Assembly: GCA_023300375.1 (NCBI GenBank)
Contig: JALZWO010000086.1
Span: forward strand, 7,917-71,916
Direction of reading: 5' to 3'
DNA: 64,000 bases
From: Granulosicoccus sp.
GTDB taxonomy: Bacteria; Pseudomonadota; Gammaproteobacteria; Granulosicoccales; Granulosicoccaceae
The notes below the pieces were generated by a model. The model did no database searches. It was not told the DNA's origin and saw nothing but the letters and a program-made list of their open reading frames with translations. Every line of letters begins with the position of its first letter. Position 1 is the stretch's first letter. The translations under genes were made by a program, and so were the position numbers. Of this stretch, positions 17,660 through 28,175 are shown one piece after another.

Positions 17660-18379
17660 TTACTCAACAACACCCTTAGCAGTAACCTGCACTTCAACAC
17701 GGCGGTTGGCGGTACGTCCTTCACGTGTGGAGTTGGTGGCTATTGGGCTGGCTTCTCCTAAACCACTGCTAGTGACTGTGGCACTTGGGTAAGCTGCGGC
17801 GAGGAACTGTTCAACAGCGGCAGCTCGACGTTCAGATAATCCTTGATTGTAATCGGCATCACCTGTGGAATCGGTGTGTCCCACGACTTCAATGGCCGAG
17901 ATTTCCTGGTAGGTTTCAAGTTCGGCTACCAATTCGCCTAGCGCTTGTTCACTCGCTGGAGTTAAATCTGCAGAATTACTGCCGAAGAGGGCTGATCCGC
18001 CTAAAGTGGCAGTGGTTACGATAGGCGCTTTTGCTACAGGCTCAGGCGCGGGAGCGGCTTCTGCCGCAGCTTTTGCTGCCTCTTCCGCTTCTGCTGCAGC
18101 GCGTGCTGCTTCTTCGGCTTCTGCTGCAGCTTTAGCCGCTGCATCTGCTTCATCATCGATGCCTTCACAGGCGTTAACTTGATTATCTTCGCTGAATCCA
18201 CCCAGCTTGAGGCAATTGCCCGCCGTCGTTCGGACAGCGTTTCCGCCAATATTGACGTAACCCTGGCTGCCAGCAGGAATCTCGATAGTTCCGGGTAAGG
18301 CGACGGTGTGTGCACTAACGACACTGCTACTTACTAGCAGAGCCGCGATTGTGCTGAGTGTTTTTATGTTTTTATGCAT
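17660..18379 (-). CDS. OmpA_C peptidoglycan-binding protein (paralog of the 16829 gene)
   Basis: Signal peptide, GYVNIGG...C...C, Ala/Glu-rich linker, GHTDSTG and NRRVEV. Start at ATG 18379 (GGGAG RBS). Confidence 0.9.
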   Translation of the reverse strand: MHKNIKTLSTIAALLVSSSVVSAHTVALPGTIEIPAGSQGYVNIGGNAVRTTAGNCLKLGGFSEDNQVNACEGIDDEADAAAKAAAEAEEAARAAAEAEEAAKAAAEAAPAPEPVAKAPIVTTATLGGSALFGSNSADLTPASEQALGELVAELETYQEISAIEVVGHTDSTGDADYNQGLSERRAAAVEQFLAAAYPSATVTSSGLGEASPIATNSTREGRTANRRVEVQVTAKGVVE

Positions 18380-18654
18380 GCTAGCTCCCACTAGATGTTA
18401 TTGATCTTGAATTTTCTATCGGTTGATCTCCCACTAGGTGGAAATACTTACCGATTTTATTATAACTAGTTGCAACAAAACTGCTGTTAGTCCTTGATTG
18501 CCGTCACCCAGAGTGCTCGAGGCTAGTCTCACCAGCGTGCGGGAGACAAACCAACGAACAGCTTTGCAGCAAAGATTCTGAACAGTTTTGTTGTATTTTT
18601 GTTGTATATAGCGGTTCTTGACTCGATTGTAAACTTATAAGGTATTCAAAATGT

Positions 18655-19572
18655 GTGAAAAAAACAACAGTCGAGTGTCAATTACCCCCACAGCTGTCAA
18701 GGAGTGTAGGCTATTCACAGCAATTCAGAGGCAAAAGGAGCTTGCCAGTGCATATTTCTCACACATTGTTTTCTCGATGTTGGCTTGCAGGCGTCAATCG
18801 CCTGAATAGTGATTTTTACTGCAGCCTTTGTTCGCGACGTGGACAGCCGGGAATTGATCTTTGCAAAGCCTGTGAGCGGTGGCTCAAGACATTGCATTGG
18901 CAGACACCCCAAGGAGCGCTGACCACCCTGTGCCTTGGCTGTGGAGAGCAAGTGATGGTAGGTGCTGCGTATGGGCAAGAGTGCGAAGATGCTGGGTCAT
19001 GTGGCGGGTCCTGTAACTACTGCAAGAATTGTCTCCAGCACGGTGAGCAGCTATTTACTCGCATTGTTGCGCCCTACCGCTATGCGTTTCCGCTCGACAA
19101 GTTAATAAAAAGAGTTAAATACGCTGAGGATCGGCAATTTGCTCGGGTTTTGGGAACCTTGTTAGGGCGTGCCATAGAGCGTGGACCCGAGGGGCCTTTG
19201 CCCGAAAAACTGGTTCCCATGCCATTGCACGCATCAAAGTGGCTGGAACGCGGCTTTAATCAAGCAGAAGATATTGCCCTCTGGTGTGGTAAGCATCTGG
19301 CAATAGAAGTTGCGCCAACCTTAGCGAGGCGAATTGCTGATACCGGTTCGCTTGCTGGTTTGAGCCGAGAAGCCCGCAAAAGCCGGATTCTGGGCGCGTT
19401 TAGAGCTGACGACGATGTGTGGGGTAAGCACATCGCTATCGTGGATGATGTTATGACGACAGGGGCCAGTGCGCGTGAGTTGTCGCGTGAACTCTACGAC
19501 AGTGGTGCAGCATCTGTGGAGCTCTGGGTGTTGGCGCGTACATCCAGTACTCGTAAAGTATCCGCACTTTGA
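18655..19572 (+). CDS. comF: ComF family protein (double zinc ribbon plus PRTase); true start probably downstream
   Basis: CSLC/CKAC/CLGC/CKNC, PMPLH...RGFNQA and IVDDVMTTGAS. Confidence 0.88.
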   Translation: MKKTTVECQLPPQLSRSVGYSQQFRGKRSLPVHISHTLFSRCWLAGVNRLNSDFYCSLCSRRGQPGIDLCKACERWLKTLHWQTPQGALTTLCLGCGEQVMVGAAYGQECEDAGSCGGSCNYCKNCLQHGEQLFTRIVAPYRYAFPLDKLIKRVKYAEDRQFARVLGTLLGRAIERGPEGPLPEKLVPMPLHASKWLERGFNQAEDIALWCGKHLAIEVAPTLARRIADTGSLAGLSREARKSRILGAFRADDDVWGKHIAIVDDVMTTGASARELSRELYDSGAASVELWVLARTSSTRKVSAL

Positions 19573-21269
19573 TCGCCCGTTTTATTGATGTTCTCAGCGT
19601 TATGGGAGTTAAATAACTTGTCGCTGAGCATGCGTTGAACAGCTTCTGGCATGTCGATACTTTGACCACCTGGCCATTCGCTCCACAAAGCGAGGTAATC
19701 GAGCCGTAATTGAGCTGATTCGTTTGACAGTTTCTCTAATGCGTCGAGTGCATGCCCGTCCATATGCTCGACAACACCGTTCATGCCATTGTGCATGCCT
19801 TGTCTCGCTGCAGCCTCAGTGGAGGGCCTAAGGTAGGTATGAGCCATTGCTGGTAGCAGCCAACTCACACCAATCAACAAAGCACCGTTAATGGCGAAAT
19901 TGCTGTTGAGGTAGGCACTAGGATCACTGCTTCCCGCTACAAAGCCGCTCACCACGCGGTAGCTAATCCAGCCCAGTGAGGCGAGAGGGAGCAATAAGCA
20001 CAGACGTCCCATGAGTTTGTGAGCTCTACGATGCCAGATTTTGCCGGGGTGCAACAACGCAAGGCTCAGCGAGTTTTGTAGTTTGAGCTCGACACCATCG
20101 GTCAGCGTTGTGCGCGCACCCTGGAACGCATTGTTGAGTGCCGTCAAAGGTAATTGACTCTCGTGCGCTTGCTGGTTAATGAACTGTGTCAGCACAGTGT
20201 CCAGCCGGTCGGTAATGGTGGGTGCCAAGCTTGCGGCAGTTTGTTGCGCTGCAGACATCTGGGCGGGTTCTTTTTGTGAGCTTAGACCGAATAAGCTGCG
20301 CCAGAATGGCGTGTCATCGACATAAGTTTGCGCTGCTTGCTCAATAGGTAGAAGCATGGCTTCCCTGAGCCTTAGCTGTTGTTTCTCAAGGGTCTCACCC
20401 CAGCGAGCTGGCAGGGCATCGAGTGTGGGCTGATCGTCCAAGGCGTTGAGCCACGGATCACTTTGGGATTTCAATTGTTGAAGGCGCGCCAGTACGCCGT
20501 ATTTTTGTAATGCGTGTACGATTTGTTGATCCGATAGTTCAATCAATGTTTTCTGCAGTGGCAAAAAATCGTCCGTAGCGATTTGTGAATCAGACCCGGG
20601 GGCATGTTGTGGATTGGCGCAATCGGTGCAGAATATTAAGGGGTTAGACAATCCGCGAGTTTCTAGAATGTGGGTGAAGTCGGTCAGTTGAGCCTCATCT
20701 CCACGATCCCATTGATTGATCACAAACAACCAGGCGTGTTCAGAGGCATGCCGCTGCAATAGTTGCCAACCCATATCATCTCGGTAACGCTCCGGGCTCA
20801 CCACATACAGCACCACATCCAGATGTGGCATCCACAGCTCAACCAGCTCACGGTTGGACTGCTCGACACTATCGAAATCAGGCATATCAATGAACATGAT
20901 TTGCCGGTAATCGTCATTATTATGAAGGGCTGTGCGCATGCGCTGCATAGGAAACGCATCGGGAAGTCGGTCGACCGAAATGGAACGATGGATGAATACA
21001 GTAATGTCGCGGGAGGTAGGGCGCTCGGCACTAGCACGCGCCACGTTCTGGCCTGCCAAGCGATTAAGTAGGCTGCTCTTGCCCACCCCGGTGCCACCGA
21101 AAAGCCCAACAACCAATGGTCGAGCTGATTCGTCAAACAGTTGCCCAGGGTTGGCGCCACTGGCCGAATCTACCGCATCTAGCGCGTTCTCGGCTAGCCA
21201 ACCGTTTGCTATGGCACGGGTTGCCCACGATTGCAGTCTTCTATGTTGTGCAGCTGGCAGCTCTGACAT
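19494..21269 (-). CDS. Dynamin-like / YfjP-type GTPase with two C-terminal TM helices
   Basis: G1 GGTGVGKS, G2 RPTS, G3 DMPD, G4 NQWD, followed by a helical stalk. Confidence 0.8.
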   Translation of the reverse strand: MSELPAAQHRRLQSWATRAIANGWLAENALDAVDSASGANPGQLFDESARPLVVGLFGGTGVGKSSLLNRLAGQNVARASAERPTSRDITVFIHRSISVDRLPDAFPMQRMRTALHNNDDYRQIMFIDMPDFDSVEQSNRELVELWMPHLDVVLYVVSPERYRDDMGWQLLQRHASEHAWLFVINQWDRGDEAQLTDFTHILETRGLSNPLIFCTDCANPQHAPGSDSQIATDDFLPLQKTLIELSDQQIVHALQKYGVLARLQQLKSQSDPWLNALDDQPTLDALPARWGETLEKQQLRLREAMLLPIEQAAQTYVDDTPFWRSLFGLSSQKEPAQMSAAQQTAASLAPTITDRLDTVLTQFINQQAHESQLPLTALNNAFQGARTTLTDGVELKLQNSLSLALLHPGKIWHRRAHKLMGRLCLLLPLASLGWISYRVVSGFVAGSSDPSAYLNSNFAINGALLIGVSWLLPAMAHTYLRPSTEAAARQGMHNGMNGVVEHMDGHALDALEKLSNESAQLRLDYLALWSEWPGGQSIDMPEAVQRMLSDKLFNSHNAENINKTGDQSADTLRVLDVRANTQSSTDAAPLS

Positions 21270-21331
21270 GACAGGTTTGTCGTATGGTTACGAGAAGAAG
21301 TTTTTTGCAACAGGATACACCGATCAGCGCA

Positions 21332-23164
21332 GTGGCTAACCTTCCCGACAACAATCAAGAGCACGTTTTGCAGGCAGGCTTTGCGTGCGCAAGATCAATT
21401 GCAGGCGATGCACCAGCGCTTGCTGAGGCTGCGGACAACACGTTACGCGCGAACGATGCGGCTTCTCTGGCGAGCGTTGCGGCAACACCGATCGAGGCGG
21501 CTGCCGATCAGTCGAAAGCGATGCCACGTGGTGCGCTGGATTCGTTGGCGTTACGCACCGCTCACCATGATGAGCAGTTACACCGAACGTTGTTACCCAA
21601 ACAGTCGATCGAACGTGTGCTGTTTGATGCATTCGAACAGGAACGCTACGAGTCGATCGGTTGTAATCAGTATAAGGGGGTACAGCTCAATCTTGAGGCC
21701 CGTGATTTAGGCGCTACTGATGGTCGGATTACAGAATCAGAAGGCGCAGACTCTGAGCACCTGGCCTGGTCAAATGCTGCGCATCTGTTAGCGCGATCGG
21801 CATTACGAAACCACGCGGCAGCAGCTACGCAAGCGGCTCATGTAATGGATGTGGAATATGCAAAGTTGCAAAGCGTGTTTGGCAACTTGGATAATTGGCC
21901 TAAGCATCTGGCGCATGACCAACAGGCCTTTGCGCTGCAGGTTCTTGCCAAGCTTGACGCGTGGCACCGCGCGGCAGCTGATGACAGTGATGACGGACAA
22001 CTGCTCGTAGCTGAAGAGGCTGCGACTAACGATACGATGCCCGATGAGGAAGATAACGACGAGGAGCTCACAGCTGAAGACAAGACTGCTGTGATAAGTG
22101 ATGCTGACGACGAGACTGATCCGAGCTCCATCGAGACCCAAGATGAGTCGCAGGCAGATCAGGAGTTGGCGGATCAATTGCTCGATGAGGCGCCCTCTGC
22201 AGGAGCGGATCCGTTTGTTACCGTCAGTGGAGCTACAGCACCTTACAAGGCGTTTACTACTGAGTTTGACGAGGTATGCTATGCCTCACAATGCGCAGAT
22301 GATGAAACGCTGAGCCAGCTGCGTGAGTTGCTTGATGAACATATCAAAGTACATTCGCGTCTCGTCAGACGTCTTGCCACTCGATTGCAGCGAGTGCTGT
22401 TAGCTCGCCAACGTAGACACTGGCAGTTTGATTTGGAAGAGGGCTATCTCGACTCAGCACGTCTGGCACGTGTGCTGACCCAGCCCCTAGTGCCGTTGAG
22501 CTTCAAATCTGAAAGTGATGCACCCATGCGCGGAACGGCAATCACTTTGCTGATTGATAACTCGCGTTCCATGATGGGCAAGCCGATAACCATCGCCGCA
22601 GCGGCTACAGATATTCTTGCGCGCACACTTGAGCGTTGTGGCGTAAGCGTAGAGATTCTCGGTTTCACTACCGTGCATTTGCATGGGGGGAGTTCAACTG
22701 AGTTATGGGAGGCGCAAGGCAAGCCTGGTAATCCGGGCAGGCTCAACGATCTTCGGCATATGATTTACAAGTCGGCTGACACCAGCTATCGCAGTGCCCG
22801 ACGGCAGCTAGCGCTTATGCTTGATCGCGACATCCTGAAACAGAACATTGATGGTGAAGCCCTGCTGTGGGCGCATCAACGACTACTGAAAAGACCTGAA
22901 CAGCGCAAAATACTGATGATGATCTCCGATGGTGCGCCGGTAGATACCAGTACTCTGGGTGCAAACGATGGAGACTATCTGGTTCGGCACCTACAGCAGG
23001 TCATCAATGACATTGAAACGGCTGAGCAAGTTGAGTTGCTGGCCATTGGCATAGGTCACGATGTATCGCGCTTCTATTCACATGCGCTTAATGTGTTTAA
23101 TGCGCGTCAGCTTGGCCCCGCCATGCTTAATGAATTGGAGACCTTGCTACGCAAAGCCGCGTAA
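21332..23164 (+). CDS. cobT: Cobaltochelatase CobT subunit (vWA domain); start uncertain
   Basis: [17 protein letters not shown], acidic linker, [34 protein letters not shown] and ISDGAPVD. Confidence 0.88.
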   Translation: MANLPDNNQEHVLQAGFACARSIAGDAPALAEAADNTLRANDAASLASVAATPIEAAADQSKAMPRGALDSLALRTAHHDEQLHRTLLPKQSIERVLFDAFEQERYESIGCNQYKGVQLNLEARDLGATDGRITESEGADSEHLAWSNAAHLLARSALRNHAAAATQAAHVMDVEYAKLQSVFGNLDNWPKHLAHDQQAFALQVLAKLDAWHRAAADDSDDGQLLVAEEAATNDTMPDEEDNDEELTAEDKTAVISDADDETDPSSIETQDESQADQELADQLLDEAPSAGADPFVTVSGATAPYKAFTTEFDEVCYASQCADDETLSQLRELLDEHIKVHSRLVRRLATRLQRVLLARQRRHWQFDLEEGYLDSARLARVLTQPLVPLSFKSESDAPMRGTAITLLIDNSRSMMGKPITIAAAATDILARTLERCGVSVEILGFTTVHLHGGSSTELWEAQGKPGNPGRLNDLRHMIYKSADTSYRSARRQLALMLDRDILKQNIDGEALLWAHQRLLKRPEQRKILMMISDGAPVDTSTLGANDGDYLVRHLQQVINDIETAEQVELLAIGIGHDVSRFYSHALNVFNARQLGPAMLNELETLLRKAA

Positions 23165-23268
23165 TCGCGTGCAGAAATACGGCTGTAGTATCATTCGGCG
23201 GTGGTAAGCTCAACCCATTGCACCCTTAGCGACATTCCCAAATACATTAACAAAGAGGCTAGAACTGT

Positions 23269-23751
23269 ATGTTGAAAGAAGGCGATAAAATTCCTGATGT
23301 GACCCTTAAGCAAATGACATCTGAAGGTCCAACTGATGTGTCATTAACGGACTACTGTGCAGGGCGCAAGGTGGTTATTTTTGCTTTACCAGGAGCATTC
23401 ACTCCAACGTGCTCAGAGTCGCATGTACCAAGCTACTTAGCGCACGCAAAGGCCCTGCGTGATAAAGGCGTTCAGGCGGTTGCTTGTATTTCTACTGCAG
23501 ATTTCTTCGTTATGGGTGCTTGGGGCAAAAGCCTGGGCACCGCTGAGCATGTTGATATGCTTGGCGATGGCAACTCAGAATTCACTCGCGCAGCAGGCAT
23601 GACGCTCGACTTAAGCGGCTTTGGTCTGGGTGAACGCTCGCAGCGTTACGTGATGGTTCTAGAAGATGGCGTTATTAAGCATCTGGCTGTTGAAAGCGAT
23701 CCTAGCGCTGCCACAGTAAGTGCTGCAGATGCGGTTTTAGCAAAGCTATAG
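23269..23751 (+). CDS. Peroxiredoxin, Prx5 / type 2
   Basis: LPGAFTPTCS, FVMGAWG and RSQRY. Confidence 0.93.
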   Translation: MLKEGDKIPDVTLKQMTSEGPTDVSLTDYCAGRKVVIFALPGAFTPTCSESHVPSYLAHAKALRDKGVQAVACISTADFFVMGAWGKSLGTAEHVDMLGDGNSEFTRAAGMTLDLSGFGLGERSQRYVMVLEDGVIKHLAVESDPSAATVSAADAVLAKL

Positions 23752-23769
23752 CGCGTCATATCATTCACG

Positions 23770-23798
23770 CCACGACAAACTTTGCATGCTTGTCGTGG
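23770..23798. terminator. Hairpin between the convergent prx and GTPase genes
   Basis: CCACGACAA-N11-TTGTCGTGG. Confidence 0.5.
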
Positions 23799-23851
23799 AA
23801 GGGTGTTTCAGCATTTACGCTGAAGTTATTATTATTCAGCTACACACCCAT

Positions 23852-25627
23852 TCACGACATTCCATCGAAGGCGTCAACTTTTCTAGCTAAATCAGGTTCG
23901 AGTCGATTAGCCATCAATTCTGGCCGATCCAGTTGGTCAGTCAGTTTTTGCAAATGTTGTTTTAAGCCTTTGTTGAATACCGCTTCTCGAATGTGTTCGC
24001 GCTGCTGCCGCTTCAGCTCTCGTTTCATGGAATCGAGGTAGCGGCCCAAGGCACTTTCTGTCAATAACGTAGTGACCGAGAGCATGGCTGGTGCCAGAAT
24101 AAGATCGGTTGGAGCCAAGCCTCCAGATTTTACAGCCAAAGCCACTCCAGCAGCATCAGCACTCGCTCTGGCGGCTCGTAGCATATTCAGTAGAGCAGGT
24201 TGAGTTTTGAGCTGTTCGTGCAATTTGACAGCTGCAGCATCAATGTGTGGTTTGAATGTCTCAATGGCTTCAACACTGGCTTGCTCGAAGTTGAAGGTGA
24301 TGCTTGGCAACGAGTCTCGCAACTGTTTGGCCAATGCACCCCATAGAGGATCTTCACTCGATTCGAGCAGAGCTGTCTGTAAATTGGTTGTCGTTTTCTC
24401 GAACACATGACGCAGTGCCAGTTGTTCCTGATCTAGGGGGTGGCCATTGGCATCTTCAGTGATTGCTGCATCTTTGGTGAGTGCCAAGCGGCCTACGCCT
24501 AGAAGTTTGCGGGCAGGCCATGTGATCAGTTTTCTTGCCTGTGTGAGAGCAGGTGCGATACCCGGAATCTCCAACAGCGTTAGCAGCTCTGCCAACGTTT
24601 GGTTGAACGTGTCGTATTTGTCGGCGTTGTTGAGGTATTGATCGACGTAATGTTGATCAGCATCTTCGATGGCTTGGGTGATTAATTGTTTCCAGCGCTG
24701 ACGTGAGCGAGACTCTGTGACTACAGGTTCGAGCCATTTGCGTTCATTGGCTGAAATAAAGTGTTTTGCATGCTCATCAAGCTGCGCGACGCTGGTTGCG
24801 GACAGCAGTGTTGAAACAGACGAGTGCAGTGCGTGTTGGTAGTCGGTGTTTAGTGGTAACTTGCCGTTGCCGGCGTCTCGTTTCACAAATGGCAACATAA
24901 CGCGGGCAGGTGGCGTATCACCAAAATGCATACCCCAACGTGCCGTAATTGCATTATCGACCACTTCCATGTCATGAGGATCAACCTTGTTTACACAGAT
25001 AAGCAGCGGCTTGCCTGCTGCGTGTATCAGGTCCAGCATATCCCAGACACGCTGATCAGCGTATTTGTCTTTACTGACAACAAGTAATACAGCATCAGCA
25101 AGTGCTGCGATTTTTAGTACGCAAAGCTCATAGCGAGTGGCAGATATTGAGTCGAAGTCGGGTGTGTCCCAGACAATCGTGTTGTCCACTAGTTTGTTGT
25201 TCGCACATTGCGTCGTTTCAAGGACATAGCTATGCAGATCGCCTGCGTTCAACGTGTGCGCTGGCACGCGTTGCAGAGGTGCCATCAGTGATTGCACCAA
25301 GCTCAGATCTTGTGGCTCAAGCTGTTGTGCATACCCTTGCGCGTGCACAGTAAAACCTGCCAATGCGCTTTGGGCGGCTGCCTCGCTATCAAGTAGAACA
25401 TTCACCAGCGTGCTTTTGCCCGACTGGGTTGGGCCTAGGATGGCGAGTTGAGAGGTTCCTGTCGGATGCGTTTGATTGAGCTCTACACGCTTTAGCAGTG
25501 CGTCAGCAAATTGCAGTTCGGTTAGTGACTCAGCCAATGACGGGTCGAGTGTTGCGGCATCAACAACCACACGTGAATAGCGATGAGTGAGCGCAGATAT
25601 CCACCCTGAATCATTGGTAGTGCTCAT
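23852..25627 (-). CDS. Second dynamin-like / YfjP-type GTPase
   Basis: G1 GPTQSGKS, G3 DTPD, G4 NKVD, amphipathic/hydrophobic C-terminal paddle. ATGA overlap with ubiA. Confidence 0.8.
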   Translation of the reverse strand: MSTTNDSGWISALTHRYSRVVVDAATLDPSLAESLTELQFADALLKRVELNQTHPTGTSQLAILGPTQSGKSTLVNVLLDSEAAAQSALAGFTVHAQGYAQQLEPQDLSLVQSLMAPLQRVPAHTLNAGDLHSYVLETTQCANNKLVDNTIVWDTPDFDSISATRYELCVLKIAALADAVLLVVSKDKYADQRVWDMLDLIHAAGKPLLICVNKVDPHDMEVVDNAITARWGMHFGDTPPARVMLPFVKRDAGNGKLPLNTDYQHALHSSVSTLLSATSVAQLDEHAKHFISANERKWLEPVVTESRSRQRWKQLITQAIEDADQHYVDQYLNNADKYDTFNQTLAELLTLLEIPGIAPALTQARKLITWPARKLLGVGRLALTKDAAITEDANGHPLDQEQLALRHVFEKTTTNLQTALLESSEDPLWGALAKQLRDSLPSITFNFEQASVEAIETFKPHIDAAAVKLHEQLKTQPALLNMLRAARASADAAGVALAVKSGGLAPTDLILAPAMLSVTTLLTESALGRYLDSMKRELKRQQREHIREAVFNKGLKQHLQKLTDQLDRPELMANRLEPDLARKVDAFDGMS

Positions 25628-26499
25628 GGGTACACAAGATAATCGACAAACAAAGCGATAAAAATACTCATACCTAACCAGTTATTATTCAAAAATGCCT
25701 GCAGGCAGCGCGCTGGATCTCGCCGTCGACTAATCCAGAGCTGATAAAGAGCAAACCCTGCTGCTACTAATAGACCTGCCGCAAATACTGCGCCACGTCC
25801 CTGTTGAGCGCCAATAAATGCCAAGATGCTCAGAACGCTTGCTTGCAAGATAGCAACCATTAACAGATCAAATTCGCCCCAAGCTATGGCCGTTGACTTG
25901 ATCCCGATGGTCAGGTCGTCGCGTTTATCTGCCATGGCGTAGAGCGTGTCGTACGCTACTGTCCATAATGTTGCGGCAGCATACAACCACCAGGCGACAG
26001 TTGGAACGCTATTGGTTTGCGCCGCAAATGCCATAGGTATTGCACAGGCGAAGGCGGCGCCTAGAACAACTTGCGGGTAGTGGGTGTACCGTTTGCAAAA
26101 GGGATAGACAACGGTTAACGCAACAGCCAAGAATGACAGGGTAATGGTTAGCCTGTTGGTCATCAGTACCAGAAAAAACGCCAAACCCATGAGCACCGCT
26201 GTTGTTGCCAGTGCATCTCGAGATTTGAGTGCTCCTGTAGCCAGAGGGCGATGGCGGGTACGCTCGACACGGCCGTCTAGCTTTCTATCTGCAAAATCAT
26301 TGATAGCACACCCGGCAGAACGCGTAAGGACGGTACCGAGCACAAAGATTAACAAGGTTGGCCAGTGAGGCATGCCATTTGCTGCGAACCAGAAAGCCCA
26401 CAGCATGGGCCACATAAGAAGATAAATGCCAATCGGCCGATTCAGGCGTGTCAGTGCTATGTAGGCCGGTAATTGTTGGGTCTTCACTGAGATATTCAC
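25624..26499 (-). CDS. ubiA: 4-hydroxybenzoate polyprenyltransferase
   Basis: [26 protein letters not shown] and [13 protein letters not shown]. Confidence 0.95.
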   Translation of the reverse strand: MNISVKTQQLPAYIALTRLNRPIGIYLLMWPMLWAFWFAANGMPHWPTLLIFVLGTVLTRSAGCAINDFADRKLDGRVERTRHRPLATGALKSRDALATTAVLMGLAFFLVLMTNRLTITLSFLAVALTVVYPFCKRYTHYPQVVLGAAFACAIPMAFAAQTNSVPTVAWWLYAAATLWTVAYDTLYAMADKRDDLTIGIKSTAIAWGEFDLLMVAILQASVLSILAFIGAQQGRGAVFAAGLLVAAGFALYQLWISRRRDPARCLQAFLNNNWLGMSIFIALFVDYLVYP

Positions 26500-26677
26500 G
26501 CTGGTAACTTGCCTGAGGACTCTTGAGGGTTTTACAGCGTATTATAGTATCTCGATTGGAACACATAACCTTGCGTCCTACGGAAGGTTGGTAGTGTCTT
26601 TTTCAGTATATTTTAGTAGCGCGATTGGAACCTCTAGCGTGGCCGCTAGCCAAACAAGCACACACGAGACAGCACGC

Positions 26678-28033
26678 ATGACCCATTCATTTGATTACGA
26701 TCTTATTGCTATTGGCGGTGGCAGTGGCGGTATCGCCACGTGCAACCGTGCGGGCCTTTACGGCGCCCGAACCATGGTTATCGAGAGCGATCCAGTATTA
26801 GGGGGCACGTGTGTCAACCGTGGTTGTGTGCCCAAAAAAGCCATGTGGTACGGCGCTTCTATGGCGCATGCCTTGCGTGACGCACCCGCTTATGGATTTG
26901 ATGTAACGGTAAACGGTTTTAGCTGGGAGGCGTTGGTTGAAAAGCGTGAGAAGTACATCAGCAACATAAACAATGCTTACGCAAGCTATCTGGGTAAAAA
27001 CAATGTTCAAATCGTGCATGGCTATGCACGTTTGCTCGACGCGAATACCGTGGAAGTTAATGGCGAGAAGCACAGTGCCGAACGTATTATTCTTGCTCCA
27101 GGTGGTTATGCTCGGGTGCCAGAACTTCCGGGTAAGGAGCTTGCCATTACGTCCGATGGATTTTTTGAGCTAAAACAACAACCTAAAAAAGTACTGGTAC
27201 TAGGTGCTGGTTACATCGCAGTTGAGCTTGCCGGAATGTTGCAGGCAATGGGTTCTGATGTCACTTTAGGTATTCGCCATGAAAACTTTTTGCGTGACTT
27301 TGATCTAATGTTGCAAGAAAAATTAATGGAAGAAATGCAAAGTGATGGCGTCACTATGGCAAAGAAGTTCAGCGCTGCACGGCTTGATAAAGTCAATGGC
27401 TTAATCGACGTTACTGGCGAGAGTGGTGAGGTGCTAGCAGGCTTTGATTCAGTTATTCTAGCTATTGGACGTTCACCTGCTACTGATAATCTTGGTTTGG
27501 ATAAAGCAGGTGTAACCACTGATGCCAGAGGCTATATCCCGGTTGATAAATTTCAACAGACCAATGTGCCAAGTATTTTTGCTATTGGTGATGTGACGGG
27601 TCAAGCTGAGTTGACGCCGGTTGCCATTGCAGCGGGTCGTCGTCTAGCCGATAGAATTTATGATGGACAGGAAGGACGTCATCTTAATTATGATCTCATA
27701 CCAACGGCTGTTTTTTCCCATCCGCCTATGGGCACCGTGGGGTTAACAGAGGTGCAAGCGCGTGAGGCGCACGGTGATGCGGTCAAAATATACGAGGCCA
27801 GTTTTACGGCTATGTACAACGCTTTCACGGAGCATAAGTCTAAAACATCGCTGAAGCTAATTTGTGTGGGAGATGAAGAGAAAGTCGTCGGAATTCACAT
27901 GATTGGTTTAGCAGTTGATGAAATGCTGCAAGGCTTTGCAGTGGCCATGCGCATGGGTGCGTGTAAGCGTGACCTAGATGACACTATTGCTGTTCATCCC
28001 ACCAGCAGTGAAGAGCTGGTAACGCTGCGCTAG
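26678..28033 (+). CDS. gor: Glutathione-disulfide reductase
   Basis: [27 protein letters not shown] and [10 protein letters not shown]. Start at ATG 26678. Confidence 0.95.
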   Translation: MTHSFDYDLIAIGGGSGGIATCNRAGLYGARTMVIESDPVLGGTCVNRGCVPKKAMWYGASMAHALRDAPAYGFDVTVNGFSWEALVEKREKYISNINNAYASYLGKNNVQIVHGYARLLDANTVEVNGEKHSAERIILAPGGYARVPELPGKELAITSDGFFELKQQPKKVLVLGAGYIAVELAGMLQAMGSDVTLGIRHENFLRDFDLMLQEKLMEEMQSDGVTMAKKFSAARLDKVNGLIDVTGESGEVLAGFDSVILAIGRSPATDNLGLDKAGVTTDARGYIPVDKFQQTNVPSIFAIGDVTGQAELTPVAIAAGRRLADRIYDGQEGRHLNYDLIPTAVFSHPPMGTVGLTEVQAREAHGDAVKIYEASFTAMYNAFTEHKSKTSLKLICVGDEEKVVGIHMIGLAVDEMLQGFAVAMRMGACKRDLDDTIAVHPTSSEELVTLR

Positions 28034-28096
28034 GGATGGCAGGCTACCTACTTAATTTGAAACATAAAGGTTACTGTCTTTCCTGCAAAGCTGCCA

Positions 28097-28169
28097 CGTC
28101 ATTCCCGCGAAGGCGGGAATCCACATGTCGGAGTGTCGTGCATGAATCCCCACTTTCGTGGGGATGGCA
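28097..28169. repeat. CGTC-type REP-like dimer (two facing hairpin units)
   Basis: CGTCATTCCCGCGAAGGCGGGAATCCA...TGAATCCCCACTTTCGTGGGGATGGCA between convergent genes. Confidence 0.8.
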
Positions 28170-28175
28170 GTTTAG

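Noticed and set aside
21277-23796. 7-bp direct repeat TTGTCGT flanking the cobT-prx block as a target-site duplication
   Set aside because: Short, part of a terminator hairpin on the right side, and no mobility gene; likely chance.
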